Of a stretch of 64,000 bases of DNA, positions 23,395 through 36,905 are shown piece after piece. The DNA lies in assembly GCF_964213995.1 (NCBI RefSeq), contig NW_027590119.1:868001-932000 (forward strand), in the 5' to 3' direction. Below the pieces are notes generated by a model. The model was not told the origin of the DNA and did not search any database. It saw nothing but the letters and a program-made list of their open reading frames with translations. A program made the translations under genes and the position numbers. This DNA is from Mustelus asterias (lineage: Eukaryota). Position 1 is the first letter of the stretch. Every line of letters starts with the position of its first letter.

Positions 23395-24010
23395 CTTGCA
23401 AGTCCCCAATTTCTCCCAGAATGAGAAAAGAAATGGAAAGGGGGAAACATTGATTTCCTCCCAGATGTTGCAGAGGAGGAAGTTTCACTCTGAAGCTCAT
23501 TGGACAACTTCCGCACGGTGACGTCACAACGGTGTCCTGCCTGAATCAGCCAATAGACATCAGTCTGCTCTGCGGTGACGTCTTCGGGTTCCAGTGCGCA
23601 GGCTCGGGGCGCGGACACAGGAGCCCCGCCCCCACCAATTGTTCCCCTCCCCCTCCGCCACATCGAGCCAAGGTTTCCAGGCAACCGGCTGGCGGCTCCG
23701 GCCAGAGCGAGAAGACGCTCGGTTTGCTCCCCCTCCCCTCGGCCGGGGTCTGCGCATGTCCAAGGGAAGGGGAAATTGCGCATGTGCAGAGATCGGCCGC
23801 CGCCCCCCCACCTGAATGCTGAGGTGCTGACCAATGGAAAGAGTTGGAGGGCCGGAAGTACCTTTCTCCTCCAGCCAACCAGACCTTCCCCCATTGTCTG
23901 AATGCGGAAACCAGACAATGAGCTTGTTCACCCGGAAAGCTGCTGTTCTCTCTCTGAATGAAGATTGAGTACAGACAGACTCAAACTTCCTTCTGCCTCC
24001 CACATCTGTG
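23395..24010. promoter_or_regulatory. Bidirectional CpG promoter between the - strand relic/gene 3 and + strand gene 4
   Basis: CRE TGACGTCA (~23519), CCAAT boxes, NRF1-like TGCGCATG x2, ETS CCGGAAGT (~23852); the ZNF first-exon/intron module starts on both sides in opposite orientation. Confidence 0.75.
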
Positions 24011-24635
24011 AGTAAAACACTTTCTTTTATCCCCCTTTCCATTTCTTTTCTCATTCTGGGGGAAATTGGGGACTTGCAGCAACTGAAGGGAAAGAAAGTG
24101 AATCCAGGGAGGCTGCAGACTCTGGAAAGGTTGGCCCAGGTCTCTCTCTTTCTGACTGAAAGACATTGACATCCTTTGCTCCCTCAGCTTGACACATTGA
24201 TTTGTCTGGCTAAAAGGATGGTCCCTTTCCTAATGTTCACAATTAAAGGGCTGGTTTCCCCAGGAGATGGCTGACATTTAAGAGAACAATAAATTAATAC
24301 AGGACAGAGATATGCCTAGTGTTGTTATATTGTAGATTTGATATATTATTTATGGTTCTGTAACAAAGTACATTTATTATTATTTCTCATCTTGTAATGT
24401 AACACTGAAGCTATGTTATATATTTCCACTCATCGAGTCATTACAGCGCAGAAGGAGTCCATTCAGTAACTCGAATCCATGCTGACTCTCTGTAGAACAA
24501 TCCAGTCAGTCCCATTCCCCTTCTATATTCCCTTTCCCCTGCAAGTTTATTTCCTTCATGTGCTCATCTAATTTCTGAAATATATTAAAGGGGACAGTAA
24601 ACTAATATCGGACAGAGACATGTCTGATGTTGGGT

Positions 24636-24935
24636 TTTTTAAATTCATCCTTGGGACACGGGCATTGCAGGCTGGGCCAGCATTTATTGCCCATCCCTAA
24701 TTGCCCTTGAACTGAATGGCTCGCTGGCCCATTTCGGAGGATGGTTGAGAGTCAACCACATTGCTGTGGCTCTGGAGTCACATGTAGGCCAGACTGGGTA
24801 AGGACGGCAGATTTCCTTCCCTTAAATTCAAATTCCACCATCTGCCGTGGCAGGATTCGAACCTGAGTCCCCAGAGCATTAGCTAAGTTTCTGGATTAAT
24901 AGTCTAGCGATAATACCACAAGGCTATCAGCTCCC
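24636..24935 (-). mobile_element. Second SINE family (SacSINE1/Deu-like)
   Basis: CCAGCATTTATTGCCCATCCCT...ACATGTAGGCCAGAC..GGTAAGGA; related pieces at 28545-28920, 44560-44655 and a tail at 22381-22680. Confidence 0.6.
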
Positions 24936-25039
24936 CTGTTGTTATATGGTACAGATTAGATATATTATTTATAGCTCTGTAATAAAATACACTTATTATA
25001 TCTGGCTGTGTAATTTTGGACTGCAGCTATATTTTATAT

Positions 25040-25445
25040 TTCCAACAATCTCTTCCCTCAGAGAATTGTTAGTATCTAGATTTCTCTTCCATAGGGACCA
25101 GTGGAGGGATTGAATATATTCAAGGATGTTAGACAGTTTTCGAATGACAAGGGAGTCAATAATTATTGGGAACAGGCTGGAAAATGGAGAGAAAGCTCAG
25201 ATGAGGAAGGATTTCTTCACTCAAGGATGTGGTGATGTTTTGGATTCTCTACCCCAGAGGACTATAGAGCCTCAGTCATCAAAAATTTTCAAGAGAGGGA
25301 TTGATAGGTTTCTAGATAGTGAAGATATCGATGGATATGGGGGAAAGTGTGGGGAAAATAATGCAGAGGTAGATCAACCAATAATCTCAATGAATGGTTG
25401 AGCAGACTCGATGGGCTGAATGCTGACTGCAGCTCCTATTTGTTC
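25040..25445 (+). mobile_element. CR1 LINE 3' fragments
   Basis: MRKDFFTQ...LDSLPQRTIE...IFKRGIDRFL plus CR1 3'UTR. Confidence 0.75.
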
Positions 25446-26233
25446 TGATTTCTGTGCTGGACAGGAAGCAGTGAGCATGGATCTGTCAATCAGCCTCAAT
25501 CAGCACCTTCAGGAGAATTGGGAGGGTGAATATTAGATACAGCAGAGTGAGAATGGAGGGAGAGTGTGTGGGATGGAGATTTACAGCTTTTGGGGAATGG
25601 GAGAGGAAAGAATGTTCATTAGAATCTTAGAATTGCTGCATCTTATCAACCGTCCCTGAGCTTTCACAATGAATCCCACTTCTGAGGACACCCTTATCTC
25701 TGACTTGTCCGTACTGCCGGCAGTCTCACAAAGCAGCTGCCTGTGTGCTGATACGGGAGGCCCTGCTCGGCAAGTTTAATGCTCCATGACTGTGTCTTTA
25801 ATGAACGCTCCATAAACTAAAAATGTAGATTTGAATTTCGATCGTATTCTGAATTGCGATTTTTTTTCTAAATTGACTTACAGGATATTAGACAAGGAGA
25901 AATCAGACAAAAATCTCCAACATCACATCGAGATCTGACAGAGTGACTCGATTTCTTGGGACCTGAATATCATTGGCCTTTGAATCTAACAGGAGAAATG
26001 TTTGTTTGGCCTCTTGGCTTCAAAAGATTGTAAACATCGCTGTGACGAGAAATGCACTGAGATACACACACCCGAGTGAGAGTGTTCCAGTGCACTGAGT
26101 GTGGAAAGAGCTTTAACCAGTTATACAGCCTGAAAATGCATCACAGCATTCACAGCGGGGAGAGACTGTACCCGTGTTCTGTGTGAGATTTAACTGATTG
26201 TTTAACCTGGAGAGTCACAAGGACACCGGCACC

Positions 26234-27187
26234 ATGGAGAAACCGTGGAAATGTGGGGACTGTGGGAAGAGATTCGGGTTCCCATCTGAGCTGGAAATTC
26301 ACCACCGCAGTCACACTGGGGAGAGACCATTCACCTGCTCTGTGTGTGGGAAGGGATTCACTCATTTATCCAGCCTGCAGAAACACAATCTCACTCACAC
26401 CAATGAGAGACCATTTAAATGCTGTGACTGTGGGAGTGGTTTTAAAAGCTCTCAGTATCTGATGTCCCACCAGCGCATTCACACTGAGGAGAGACCGTTC
26501 AGCTGCTCTCACTGCTCAAAGAAATTTAGAACTTCATGCAACCTGCAGATTCACCAGCGAATTCACACCAGGGAGAGACCGTTCACCTGCTCTGTGTGTG
26601 GGAAGGGATTCACTCATTCATCCAGCCTGCTGAGTCACAATCTCACTCACACCAATGAGAGACCCTTTAAATGCTCTGACTGTGGGATCAGATTCAAAAG
26701 TTCTCAGGTACTTAGGGTCCACCAGCGCACTCACACTGAGGAGAGACCGTTCAGCTGCTCTCACTGCACAAAGAGATTTAGAACTTCATGCAACCTGCAG
26801 ATACACCAGCGAGTTCACACTGGGGAAAGGCCGTTCACCTGCTCTGTGTGTGGGAAGAGATTCACTCAGTTATCCAGCCTGCTGAAACACAAAGTCACTC
26901 ACACCAATGAGAGACCCTTTAAATGCTCTGACTGTGGGAGCGGATTCAAAAGCTCTCAGGGACTGGTGTCCCACCAGCGCATTCACACTGAGGAGAGACC
27001 ATTCAGCTGCTCTCACTGCACAAAGAGGTTTAAAACGTCATCCAACCTGCAGGAACACCAGCGAGTTCACACTGGGGAGAGACCATTCCCTTGCTCTGTG
27101 TGTGGGAAGGGATTCACTCAGTCATCCAGCTTGCTGAGACACAAAGCCACTCACTCCAAGGAGAGCCCCTTTAAATGCTCTGCCTGA
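26234..27187 (+). CDS. C2H2 zinc-finger protein (gene 4), 11 complete fingers
   Basis: Kozak ATG at 26234 (MEKPWKC); ORF ends at a TGA within finger 12. Confidence 0.88.
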   Translation: MEKPWKCGDCGKRFGFPSELEIHHRSHTGERPFTCSVCGKGFTHLSSLQKHNLTHTNERPFKCCDCGSGFKSSQYLMSHQRIHTEERPFSCSHCSKKFRTSCNLQIHQRIHTRERPFTCSVCGKGFTHSSSLLSHNLTHTNERPFKCSDCGIRFKSSQVLRVHQRTHTEERPFSCSHCTKRFRTSCNLQIHQRVHTGERPFTCSVCGKRFTQLSSLLKHKVTHTNERPFKCSDCGSGFKSSQGLVSHQRIHTEERPFSCSHCTKRFKTSSNLQEHQRVHTGERPFPCSVCGKGFTQSSSLLRHKATHSKESPFKCSA

Positions 27188-27568
27188 GAGGCCGGCTTCA
27201 GAAGCTCTCAGGAACTGATGATCCCCGAGCACATTCACACCGGGGAGAGGCCATTCAGCTGCTCTCACTGTTCAAGGAGGTTTAGAATATCATCAACACT
27301 GCTGAAACACCAGTGAGTTCACACCGGGGAGAAACCATTCACCTGCTCGGTGTGTGCGAAAGGATTTACTCAGTTATCCAGCCTGCCCAGACACAACATC
27401 ATCACACCCAGGAGAGACCCTTTACATGTGGGCGTGGCTTCAAAAGCTCTCGGGAACTCATGTCCCACCAGTGAGTTCACACCAGGCAGAGGCTGGTCAC
27501 CTGCTCTGACTGGGAAGGAATTCACTCAGTCAGCAAACTTGGTGAAACACCAGTGAGTTCACAAGTGA
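27188..27568 (+). pseudogene. Decayed C-terminal fingers of gene 4
   Basis: FSCSHCSRRF...HQ*VH, CAKGFTQLSSL and FTQSANLVKHQ*VHK* with stops and indels. Confidence 0.8.
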
Positions 27569-27656
27569 TTACAGTTCTGGGATTATTCTTGTGAATCTTT
27601 CTTGCCCCTTCTCCAGTGTCTCTATTTCCTTTTTCTAAATGGAGATCACAAATAGA

Positions 27657-27902
27657 ACGCCACTAGTCACTGACTTCCAGTCAGAAAAACACCCTCACCA
27701 CTACTCTCTGACTTCTATGGGCAAGTCAGTTCTGAATCCAAGCGGCCAAGTCACCGTGAATCCCATGCATCTTAATCTTCTGGATGAGCCGACCATGAGG
27801 GACCTTGTCGAAAGCCTTTCTAAAATCCATGTTCACAACATCCACTGCTCTACCCTCATCGACCACCTTCGTCACCCCCTCGATAAAATCGATCAAGTCA
27901 GT
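27657..27902 (-). mobile_element. CR1 RT fragment; absent from the paralogous 3' flank at ~46965
   Basis: Minus strand VDVVNMDFRKAFDKVPHGRL; the flanks join directly in the gene 8 copy. Confidence 0.75.
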
Positions 27903-28544
27903 AAGATGTTGACGGTGCTCCCACTGCAGTCCTGTGATGAAAATATAGACTGGTTGGTGAAATGTAGATAACAGGTAGAATTGATATCTAATGAGGACTT
28001 TATACTTTAGAATTGAATACAGGGCTCATTGTTACTAACGGGGAAAGAAGGGTTAAAACCCTTACCCAGAACCCTTTTCACACACACGTGGACATCTCTG
28101 AATCTGACACACACCAAATGGAACGTTACACAAGGGACTGGAATTCACTGGAATTTCTTAACAACCTTTCAATAGAAATGTCCTGGTACCGACTGTGACA
28201 AAGGACACAACAGACAGCAAGAACCAGGAGGAACCTTTAACCCAGAGAATGTTAATAACCTTGTTCAGGACACCGGTGCCAGGCACAGGAGGATCCCAGG
28301 AAAAACGGAACATTTAATTTCTGTCTGTTTCACAATTCTAAATGACTGATTCTTTAACATAGGAATGTTTAAAAACAGCATTGTGATATTCCAAGGTCAG
28401 TGTGTCTGGGAAAGGGGCACACTGATGTGTTTTTATTTTAAACAGGAGGATCCATTGAAAAGCAGCTCTGGACGATACGAGCACCTCCTGACCTACTTTC
28501 AATTCATTTCAAATCACCCATCACTTTCCGTGGAATATTCTTTA

Positions 28545-28920
28545 TTCTTCCCTGGGATGTGAACACTGCTGGCAAAGCCCCAGCACACGTTGCTCATCTC
28601 CTAATTGCCCCTGAACGGAGTGACTTGCTCAGCCATTTCAGAGGGGCAGCTAAGAGTCACCCACATTGCTGTGTGGGTCTGGATTCACATGTAGGCCAGA
28701 CCGGGTAAGGATGGCAGATTTCCCTCCCTAATAGGAGCATTAATAGGGTGAACTGGATGGATTTTTACAACAGTCGATAGTTTCATGGTCACCGTTTCTG
28801 ACACTAACTTTATATAATTCCAGATTGATTCACTGAATTCAAATCCCACCAGCTGCCTGTCCCCAGATCCTTTGCTGGGTCTCTGCATTACTCGGCCAGA
28901 GACATTCCCACCACCTCCCC
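28545..28920 (-). mobile_element. SacSINE1/Deu-like SINE
   Basis: Similar to 24636-24935. Confidence 0.55.
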
Positions 28921-31900
28921 CGAATGGAATATTCTACACAACGCTTGAGTTAAGTGGGAAGTAGAAAAGAGAGAGGCTTTGACCTTAGGATGACCTCATC
29001 ACCAACTACAGAAACCTTAAAGCTGACCATTCTGTAAAAGTTTATAAACTTTATTTTTATAAAACACAGAGTAAGAAACAGGTGAAAAGTAACGATGGAC
29101 GTTCCGACTGACATCAGAAACATTGATTGACCGGATAAACACTCACTGCATCACAGAGCGATCCTCAACCATGAAAGAATTGACCCACTATAAGGAATGA
29201 GAGAGCCTTATAAAAAGGGGCAGGAGTTTACACTGAGAGGTGACACCCACAGCTGCTCAGGATGATGGCATTCAGTTCAGGAAGGGGATAAAGTGAGAAT
29301 CTTTTGTGATTCAAGACAGAAGTATTGAACAATCTGGAATCAGTGCTTCTCGAGCTTGCTGACCAGCCGAACACTTCAGTTAATCTCATCATAAAACCCC
29401 CCAGTGTAAATAACATGGATTTGACTGACAAATGTTGAAGTGTTGATTTAGACCCACAAGTTTTGACTTCCCATTTGAGCCTGGGGCACCTTTCTGTCTC
29501 TCTATTGCTCATGTCAATGACAGCCAGGCGACGGAGCTGAGGGCTGAATTTAGCTGAGAATAACGAGGCCTGCGCCCCAGTTTGGAAACTGCCCTGGGCG
29601 TTGCACTAATAGAGAGACAGGAAGCTGCTGGAGAACTGACTGGGAAATGGGCCTCCAACCAATCAGGGCACCGGAGGAGGTGACCGGGGCTGATGGTGAC
29701 GTGACCCCCGGGGTTCAGTGTCCCTGTGTCCAAAGCGGGGAGTCACAGGAACAGGGGACAGAGGAGCTGAAGAGAATCCAGTTGTGTCCAGAACATTGTG
29801 AACATCCCTTTACTCTGGTTGTCTTTGATCCTCAAGTCATTTTCTGTTTGTTTTAACCATGTTCTGTTTCATTAATAAACTTTTGTCAGTAAAAATATTT
29901 GATTGTTTTGGACTTTTCCTGATGAGATTGATGCACTTTAGGGAAAGTGGGTGAGAGGGGTTGGCAGGCTCTTTAACAGAAAGTGAGTCCCTCTGAGGTA
30001 ATTGGCAAAGGAGCCAGAGGGGGAGATGGGATTTTATTTTTGACTCAGTGATGTTAGAAAATGGGGTTCAGGGAATCAATTAACCCTTTCTCCCCTTTTC
30101 CCAAACTCTGAAATGATTCCCAGTGATAACTCTTATTGGTGACAGTGGTTAGATTTTATTCAGTATCAATAAGAGCTGACACAGGCTAATGTCTGAGCAG
30201 TCGTATCAAAGTGCAGCAGCATTACCATTACACTCTGGGTAGAAGCAGCATCTCCACGGAAATGCTCCCTGCTCTGCACCAGATGCCATGGCACCAGTCA
30301 ATGCAATATGTAAAACCTCGACTAATCTCTGTGCTCGGGGAATCCCCTCTTATACTTTGTTACATCACAAAGTCTATGGAGACTGATTTAACCCAATCAT
30401 TGCCCGGCTAACATTTGAATGAACCAATTACAAAACCTGTCATTGAACCATCTGTACTTGCCCAAGCCACGTCAAACTCTCAAACAATTGTCTTCCCACG
30501 CTCCGTCCCTGGTTCAGGGAGTCAGCATTCCCATGCCAAGCAGTGAAAACATGGTGGCCTTGACACACAGGTGTCATCCAGGATTCAAGGCACTCCTGTT
30601 TTCTCTGTCCTCTGGGAGCTGTTTATCTCCCTGCTCCCACACAGCAAGTCGTCTGTTCTCAGCTCTGCTGCATTTCTGCTGAAGTTTGGCCCCTTTTACA
30701 CCTTTTGGATCAATAAAACATTTGGTCAATGACCCAAACCACAACTTCCCATCCTGTCACCTGTCAACCATCCTTACCCAGAGCGTAATCACAACAGGAA
30801 TAAAAACAGGAGAAGTGTAACAATCAAATTCAAAATAAATGCACAGCCAGTCATAGAATCGAATATCATATTCACTAATTAGCAAGAAAACCCAAAGTAG
30901 GGGGTCCCCCAGGATTCTTACAGTCCACACCTTGAGGGGGAGGAGAACTTTCTCTCTGACCCCTCACTCAATTTCACTCCGTTATTTTCGAGTTCTATTC
31001 TGGTCCCACCTGGGGTAACATCTAATCAAACTTTTCTCCTGAAGGAACACCGTGAGTTCTCGGTTACTTGTACGTTAGGACAGGTCCTTCAATCAACAGA
31101 TCAACATGGATGTAAAAGATTCTCCAGCTCTCTCCTTACCCCTGTCCAACTGTGGACAGTTCTTACTCAGTATTATTTCTCCCAAGACCTCAATTGTCCC
31201 AATCTATAATATGACCCATTTTACTGTAATTTTCCTCACTTTGTGAGCATGTGCAGTGTGTTTAATTGGATCCTGATTGTTTTGAACTCAGTTTCTCTCT
31301 GGAGTGTGTGTCAGTGCCTTGATGATGTCACAATGTTGTCTCAATCCCCTGGCCACATTAACCATTTCATCTCCTGTTGTGTCTCAAGTAGCTGTGTGTG
31401 TTTGGGACCCGCTCTTCACTCCATCTCACCATGAATTTAGGCTTGCTATTTTTCACATGTAACAAATCACATCTACACACTCACTCCGGTATCCCAAAAT
31501 CATGTCACACATTCTTAACTCTCAGATGTATTGATGAAAAGTTCAAAATGAGTGTCTGTCTTTCTTATCTTCCCCTGTTATGGAGCTGATGTTTCATTGA
31601 GTGGCCGGGCTTTCAAATGTGGATTTCTTTAAAACAAAGTTCATGGACAAGGATGTAAATATCTCCCAGAGAAAGTGATCAACTTATTCATCCCATCTAC
31701 ACATTCCAGCCTTTCACTGGAATGTAGGTGGACACTAGATTGATATATTCCATTCAACCACACACAAGGTGAGTTATTCCAATTCCCTTATTGTCCTGTT
31801 GTGATGTATTTCTTCCAACTAACCACAGGAGACCCAGGGACATGTTACAATAGTTTATTCATGTTTCAAACCTGGAGGGAACAACCCCAGAGAAAGCTCT

Positions 31901-32435
31901 GGAAGACCACCCTCCTGTGATACAGCTCAAAGTCACAGCTCTGACACAGCTCTCTAATACAGTAATCACAGAGACATCACTCTAATACAACTCTCAGCTC
32001 CAAGTCACAGATACAGACAGCTTACACAGTTATTCAATAGTGAGAAATGCAAGGGTTGTGAGGAAGAATATTTTGGTGCAGCGAATGGTAATGACCTGGA
32101 ACTCGCTGCCTACAAGGGTGGTGGAAGTGGAGACAATAAACAATTACAAAGGAAATTGGATGGGCATTTGGGGAGTTTCAAACAGAAATGCTGACTAAAT
32201 ATCTCTGAACTTCCTCACAACCGGTCACTCTGTGATCCTTGTGAAATCTGAAACCAGATATTCACAACAAGACTCAAAGAGCATCAGCCCACTGGAGGCA
32301 AAGTTGTGAGACCAGCCAGTCCAGCAGAAAGAAACCCTCTGACCCTCCCCATTGACCAACTGTGAGAATGAACAAAATGCAGTCCTGGATGTAATTGAGA
32401 GCAGAAACAATAACAGCAGAATCCAACCCCTGGAA

Positions 32436-33278
32436 TCACTCGTGAACCTGTTGGTGTCTCAGCAGCTGGGATGAAACTCTGAATCCCTTCCCACACTGAG
32501 AGCAGGTGAATGGCCTCTCTCCAGTGTGAACTCGCTGGTGTGTCTGCAGATTGGATGACTGAGTGAATCCCCTTCCACACTGAGAGCAGGTGAATGGTTT
32601 CTCCCCAGTGTGAACTCGCTGGTGTCTCCGCAGGGTGGATGACAGAGTGAATCGCTTCCCACACTGAGAGCATGTGAACGGTTTCCCCCCAGTGTGAACC
32701 CGCTGGTGTATCTGCAGATTGGATGACTGACTGAATCCCTTCCCACACTGAGAGCAAGTGAACGGTTTCTCCCCAGTGTGAACTCGCTGGTGTTTCTGCA
32801 GGGTGGATGACTGAGTGAATCCCTTCCCACACTGAGAGCAGGTGAATGGCCTCTCCCCAGTGTGAACTCGCTGGTGTGACCGTAGGCTGGATAAGTCAGT
32901 GAATCCCTCCCCACACTGAGAGCAGATGAATGGCCTCTCCCCAGTGTGAACTCGCTGGTGTGTCTGCAGCTGGGATAACCGAGTGAATCCCTTCTCACAC
33001 TGAGAGCAGGTGAATGGTTTCTCCCCAGTGTGAACCTGCTTGTGTCTCCACAGAGCGGATGCCTGAGTGAATCCCTCCCCACACTTAGAGCAAGTGAACG
33101 GCCTCTCCCCAGTGTGAACTCGCTGGTGTTGCTTCAGGATGGATAACCGAGTGAATCCCTCTCTACAGTGAGAGCAGATGAACGGCCTCTCCCCAGTGTG
33201 GCTGCGCCGATGAGCTTCCAGCAGGGATGGGGTTCTGTATCTCTTCCCACAGTCCGCACATTTCCATGGTTTCTCCAT
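32436..33278 (-). CDS. C2H2 zinc-finger protein (gene 5), 10 fingers, 280 aa
   Basis: Intact ORF from Kozak ATG 33278 (MEKPWKC) to HQQVHE*. Confidence 0.92.
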   Translation of the reverse strand: MEKPWKCADCGKRYRTPSLLEAHRRSHTGERPFICSHCREGFTRLSILKQHQRVHTGERPFTCSKCGEGFTQASALWRHKQVHTGEKPFTCSQCEKGFTRLSQLQTHQRVHTGERPFICSQCGEGFTDLSSLRSHQRVHTGERPFTCSQCGKGFTQSSTLQKHQRVHTGEKPFTCSQCGKGFSQSSNLQIHQRVHTGGKPFTCSQCGKRFTLSSTLRRHQRVHTGEKPFTCSQCGRGFTQSSNLQTHQRVHTGERPFTCSQCGKGFRVSSQLLRHQQVHE

Positions 33279-34269
33279 GGTGCAGGTGTCCTTGCCTCTC
33301 CCTTGGGTGGACAATCAGTTGAAGCCTCGTTCAAACACAGAACACGAGTACAGTCTCTCCCCGCTGTGAATGGTGTGATATTTATTTAGGCTGTGTAACT
33401 GGTTAAAGCTCTTTAGTCAGTGCATTGGAACACTCTCACTCGAGTGTGGCAGTGTGTTGGTGCTTTTCCAGTCACACTGATGTTTGAAATCTTTTCAAAT
33501 CGACAGACTGGACAAACGTTTCTCCTTCTAGATTCAAAGGCCGATGATATTCAGCTCCCAAGGAATATGACTCTGTCAGATCTCGACGTGACATTTGAGA
33601 TTTCGGAATGCGATTCCTCTTTCAATATCCTGTAAAATGAGTTTATTAAAGCCATCACTGTCAGAACAGGATAGAAATTCAGAAGACACAATTCCAGTTT
33701 CTATGGAACATTATTTCCTCCCTCATTTCCCAAAAGCTGTAAATCTCCATCCCACACACTCTCCCTCCATTCTCACTCTGCTGTATCTAATATTCACCCT
33801 CCCAATTCTCCTGAAGGTGCTGATTGAGGCTGATTGACAGATCCATGCTCACTGCTTCCTCTCCAGCACATAGAAATCATAAGAAATCGGAGCTGCAGTT
33901 GGCCATTCAGCCCATCGAACTGCCTCAATCATTGATTGAGAATTGGCTGATCGACCTCAGCGTGGGGTGCATAATTCCAAAACTACGCACATACTTGAGT
34001 GAGGAAATCCCTCCTCATCTTAACTTTCTCTCCATTTTCCTACCTGTTCCCCATAACGCTTGACGCCTTTATCAATCAAAAATCAGTTTAACTCACCCTG
34101 GAATATATTCAATGACTCTCACCCTCCACTCATCCCTGTGGAAAAGAAATCCAAACACTAATGACTCTAATAGGCAAGAGACGAATGACTGGAAATATCT
34201 AAGGTAGATACAGTACAATATGAGTTCTGTCTGAAGTTCAATCTTCATTCAGAGAGGAGCAGCTTTGCT

Positions 34270-34665
34270 GGGCAACAATGGAGGAAGCTGCGTGCAGCCA
34301 TGCATACAAGTCCCGGACTTTGATTGGCTGGAGGACCAGCGCCCATCCGGTCCTGCACGGGTTGCCATTGGTCAATCTGCCGCATGTGGACAATGTGGGG
34401 GCGGAACCCGGGCCCACGTGGGGGGTGGGCGGGGCTTTGACCGCCAGCCGCGCTGAGCTGGTGTCCAATCCGCAGTGTTTTGCTTCTGTAACCAGTGATA
34501 TTGCTGCCAATGGGACACTGTGTGCTGGGAACGCCCCTCTGAGTCATTGTGACGGCACAATGGAGCCCTGCCTGAATCAGCCAATAGCATTCACTCTGCT
34601 CCGCGGTGACGTCTCCGGGTTCAGGCGCGCGGACCTGGGAGCCCCGCCCCCTCCCACTGTTCCCC
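34270..34665. promoter_or_regulatory. CpG promoter upstream of gene 5; the other side has a + strand intron module with no downstream gene
   Basis: ATTGG x2, GC boxes, CCAATAG, TGACGTC; paralog at 44070-44385. Confidence 0.7.
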
Positions 34666-35399
34666 CAGTCTGTACAGTCCACACATTGTTAGTCCAGTCA
34701 GATAGACATATATCTGTCTGGGAGCCTGCATGGAGATTTCCAGCTCTCTGTGTCCAGGACATGGATCTGTCAATCAGCTTGAATCAGCACCTTCAGGAGA
34801 ATTGGGAGGGTGAATATTAGATACAGCAGAGTGAGAATGGAGGGAGAGTGTGTGGGACAGGGATTCACAGCTTTTGGGGAATGAGAATTGCTACATCCAT
34901 CAACCATCCCTGAGCCTTCACAATGAATCTCTCTTCTCAGGACACTCTTATCTCTGACTTTGTCTCTACTTGTAGCTGTCTTACAAAGCAGCTGCCTGTC
35001 TGCTGATACGAGAGGCCCTGCTGGGCAAGTTTAATGCTCCATGATTGTGCCTTTAATGACTGAATAGCTATAGGAATGTGGTCAAGCCTGCTAAATCCCA
35101 TGATGCTTTATATATCAGTCAGTAATTCATTTGTTAACACAGTCCACAAGGATATATAAATACATTTAAAGGCAAAATATTGCGGATGCTGCGATCTGAA
35201 ACAAAAACAGCAAATGCTGGAAAATCTCAGCGGGTCTGACAGCATCTGTGGAGAACTCTTGACAAAAGGGTCATCCACACTTGAAACGTTGGTCTATTCT
35301 CTTTTTAAAATATATATCACACAGCTGCCTCAGCCTTGGCCCACTCTAACAAATACAATTGTGCAATGGTGACTGGCAGGTCAGACAACTGGTCAGAAT

Positions 35400-36245
35400 A
35401 TTAAAAATGGCCAAGAATGATGAAAAGAATGATAAGGGAGAAAAAATTTGAGTATGAGAGAAAGCTTGTTCGAAGTATAAAGACCGATAACAAATGGAGC
35501 ACTGGCCATAGAGCAATAAAGCACAGAAACAGGTCCTTGGCCCAACTGGTCCATGCCGACCACTGAACCTGTCCCTCAGAATTCTCTCCAGTCATTTATC
35601 CAGCACTGATGTCAGGCTCAGCGGCCTGCAATTACCAGGCTTCTCTTTGCTACTCGTCTTAAACAACGGAACAACATGAGCTTCAATCTTCCAGAACCTT
35701 GCCAGTGGAAGAGAAGAAGCAAATATCTCTGCAAGGGCCTCTGCAATTTCTTCCCTAGCCCCCCAAAAGATCCAAGAATACACTTGATCAGGCCCAGGGG
35801 ATTTATCCACCTTAAAGTGCATTCAGGCTGAAGATATTTCCACCCAAGTAACATGTGTGTGGCCCAATACATAACCTCTTATTTCTTTAGCACCCATGAT
35901 ATTCTCCTCAGTAAACATGGGGAGAAATATTCATTAAAAATCTCAGCCATCTCCTGTGGCTCCACACACAGACAGCTATGCTGATTTTTAAGAAGATCTA
36001 TTCTGTCTGTAGCCACACTTTTATTCTTAATATAGCTATAGAGCCTCTTGGGATTTTCTTTAACCTTACCTGCCAGATCTATATCATACCCTCTTTCTGC
36101 CCTCCTGATTGCTCTCTGAAGTGTTCTCTTACACTTTTTAATCACATCAAGTGATTCACTTGTCCCTGATTGCCTAAACCCAATGTATGCTTCCTTCTTT
36201 TACCTGACCAGAGCCTCAATGTCCCTTGTCAGCCAGGGATCCCTG
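35400..36245 (-). mobile_element. CR1 LINE fragments (mostly minus strand)
   Basis: KVKENPKRLYSYIKNK; KVDKSPGPDQVY...PGNCRPLSLTSV. Confidence 0.8.
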
Positions 36246-36490
36246 GCTACATGACCTGAGCAAAGATAACAAGCCTGTACTGTGTTGTCAGCCAGCAGGC
36301 TGCTGTGGAAGCTTTCTTCATAACAGAGCAAGAGCGAGCCCTTTCTATATATTTAATTCAAGATTTTATAAGAGATTAGAGGGCAATTTATTTCGTCCAT
36401 TACTTCAATTGGACTCGTCTCCATTCCCGGTATTTCTGGACCAGACGGGACCATTTCCCTTTTTTCTGGTGGATAATGGAAGTGTCACTG

Positions 36491-36905
36491 TGATTCTGAT
36501 TTGATTTATTATTATGTGTATTAGTATACAGTGAAAAGCATTGTTTCTTGCGCGCTATACAAAGCATACCGTTCATAGAGAAGGAAAGGAGAGGGTGCAG
36601 AACGTAGTGTTACAGTCTTAGTAAGGTGTAGAGAAAGATCAACTTAATGCAATGCAAGACCATTCAATAGTCTGTTGGCAGCAGGGAAGAAACTGTTCTT
36701 GAGTCAGTTGGTACTTGACCTCAGACTTGTGTATCTTTTTCCCGACAGAAGAGAGTATGTCTGGGGTGTGTGAGGTCCTTAATTATGCTAGCTGCTTTGC
36801 CGAGGCAGAGGGAAGTGTAGACAGAGTCAATGGATGGGAGGCTAGGTTGTGTGATGGATTGGGCTACATTCACGACCTTTTGTAGTTCCTTGTGGTCTTG
36901 GGCAG
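36491..36905 (-). mobile_element. Rex1/Babar-like LINE 3' fragment truncating gene 6
   Basis: QDHKELQKVVNVAQSITQPSLPSIDSVYTSLCLGKAASIIKD; (CAAAT)-type tail; same family as 43105-43687. Confidence 0.75.

Noticed and set aside
23345-24172. Dense overlapping ORFs in GC-rich islands (also 1738-2504 and 34238-34820)
   Set aside because: Stop-poor CpG-island sequence; frames are not conserved between paralogous promoters
31797-32028. Possible solo LTR (TGTTG...TTACACA) absent from the gene 3 paralog flank
   Set aside because: No matching TSD and no second copy in the window; not enough support
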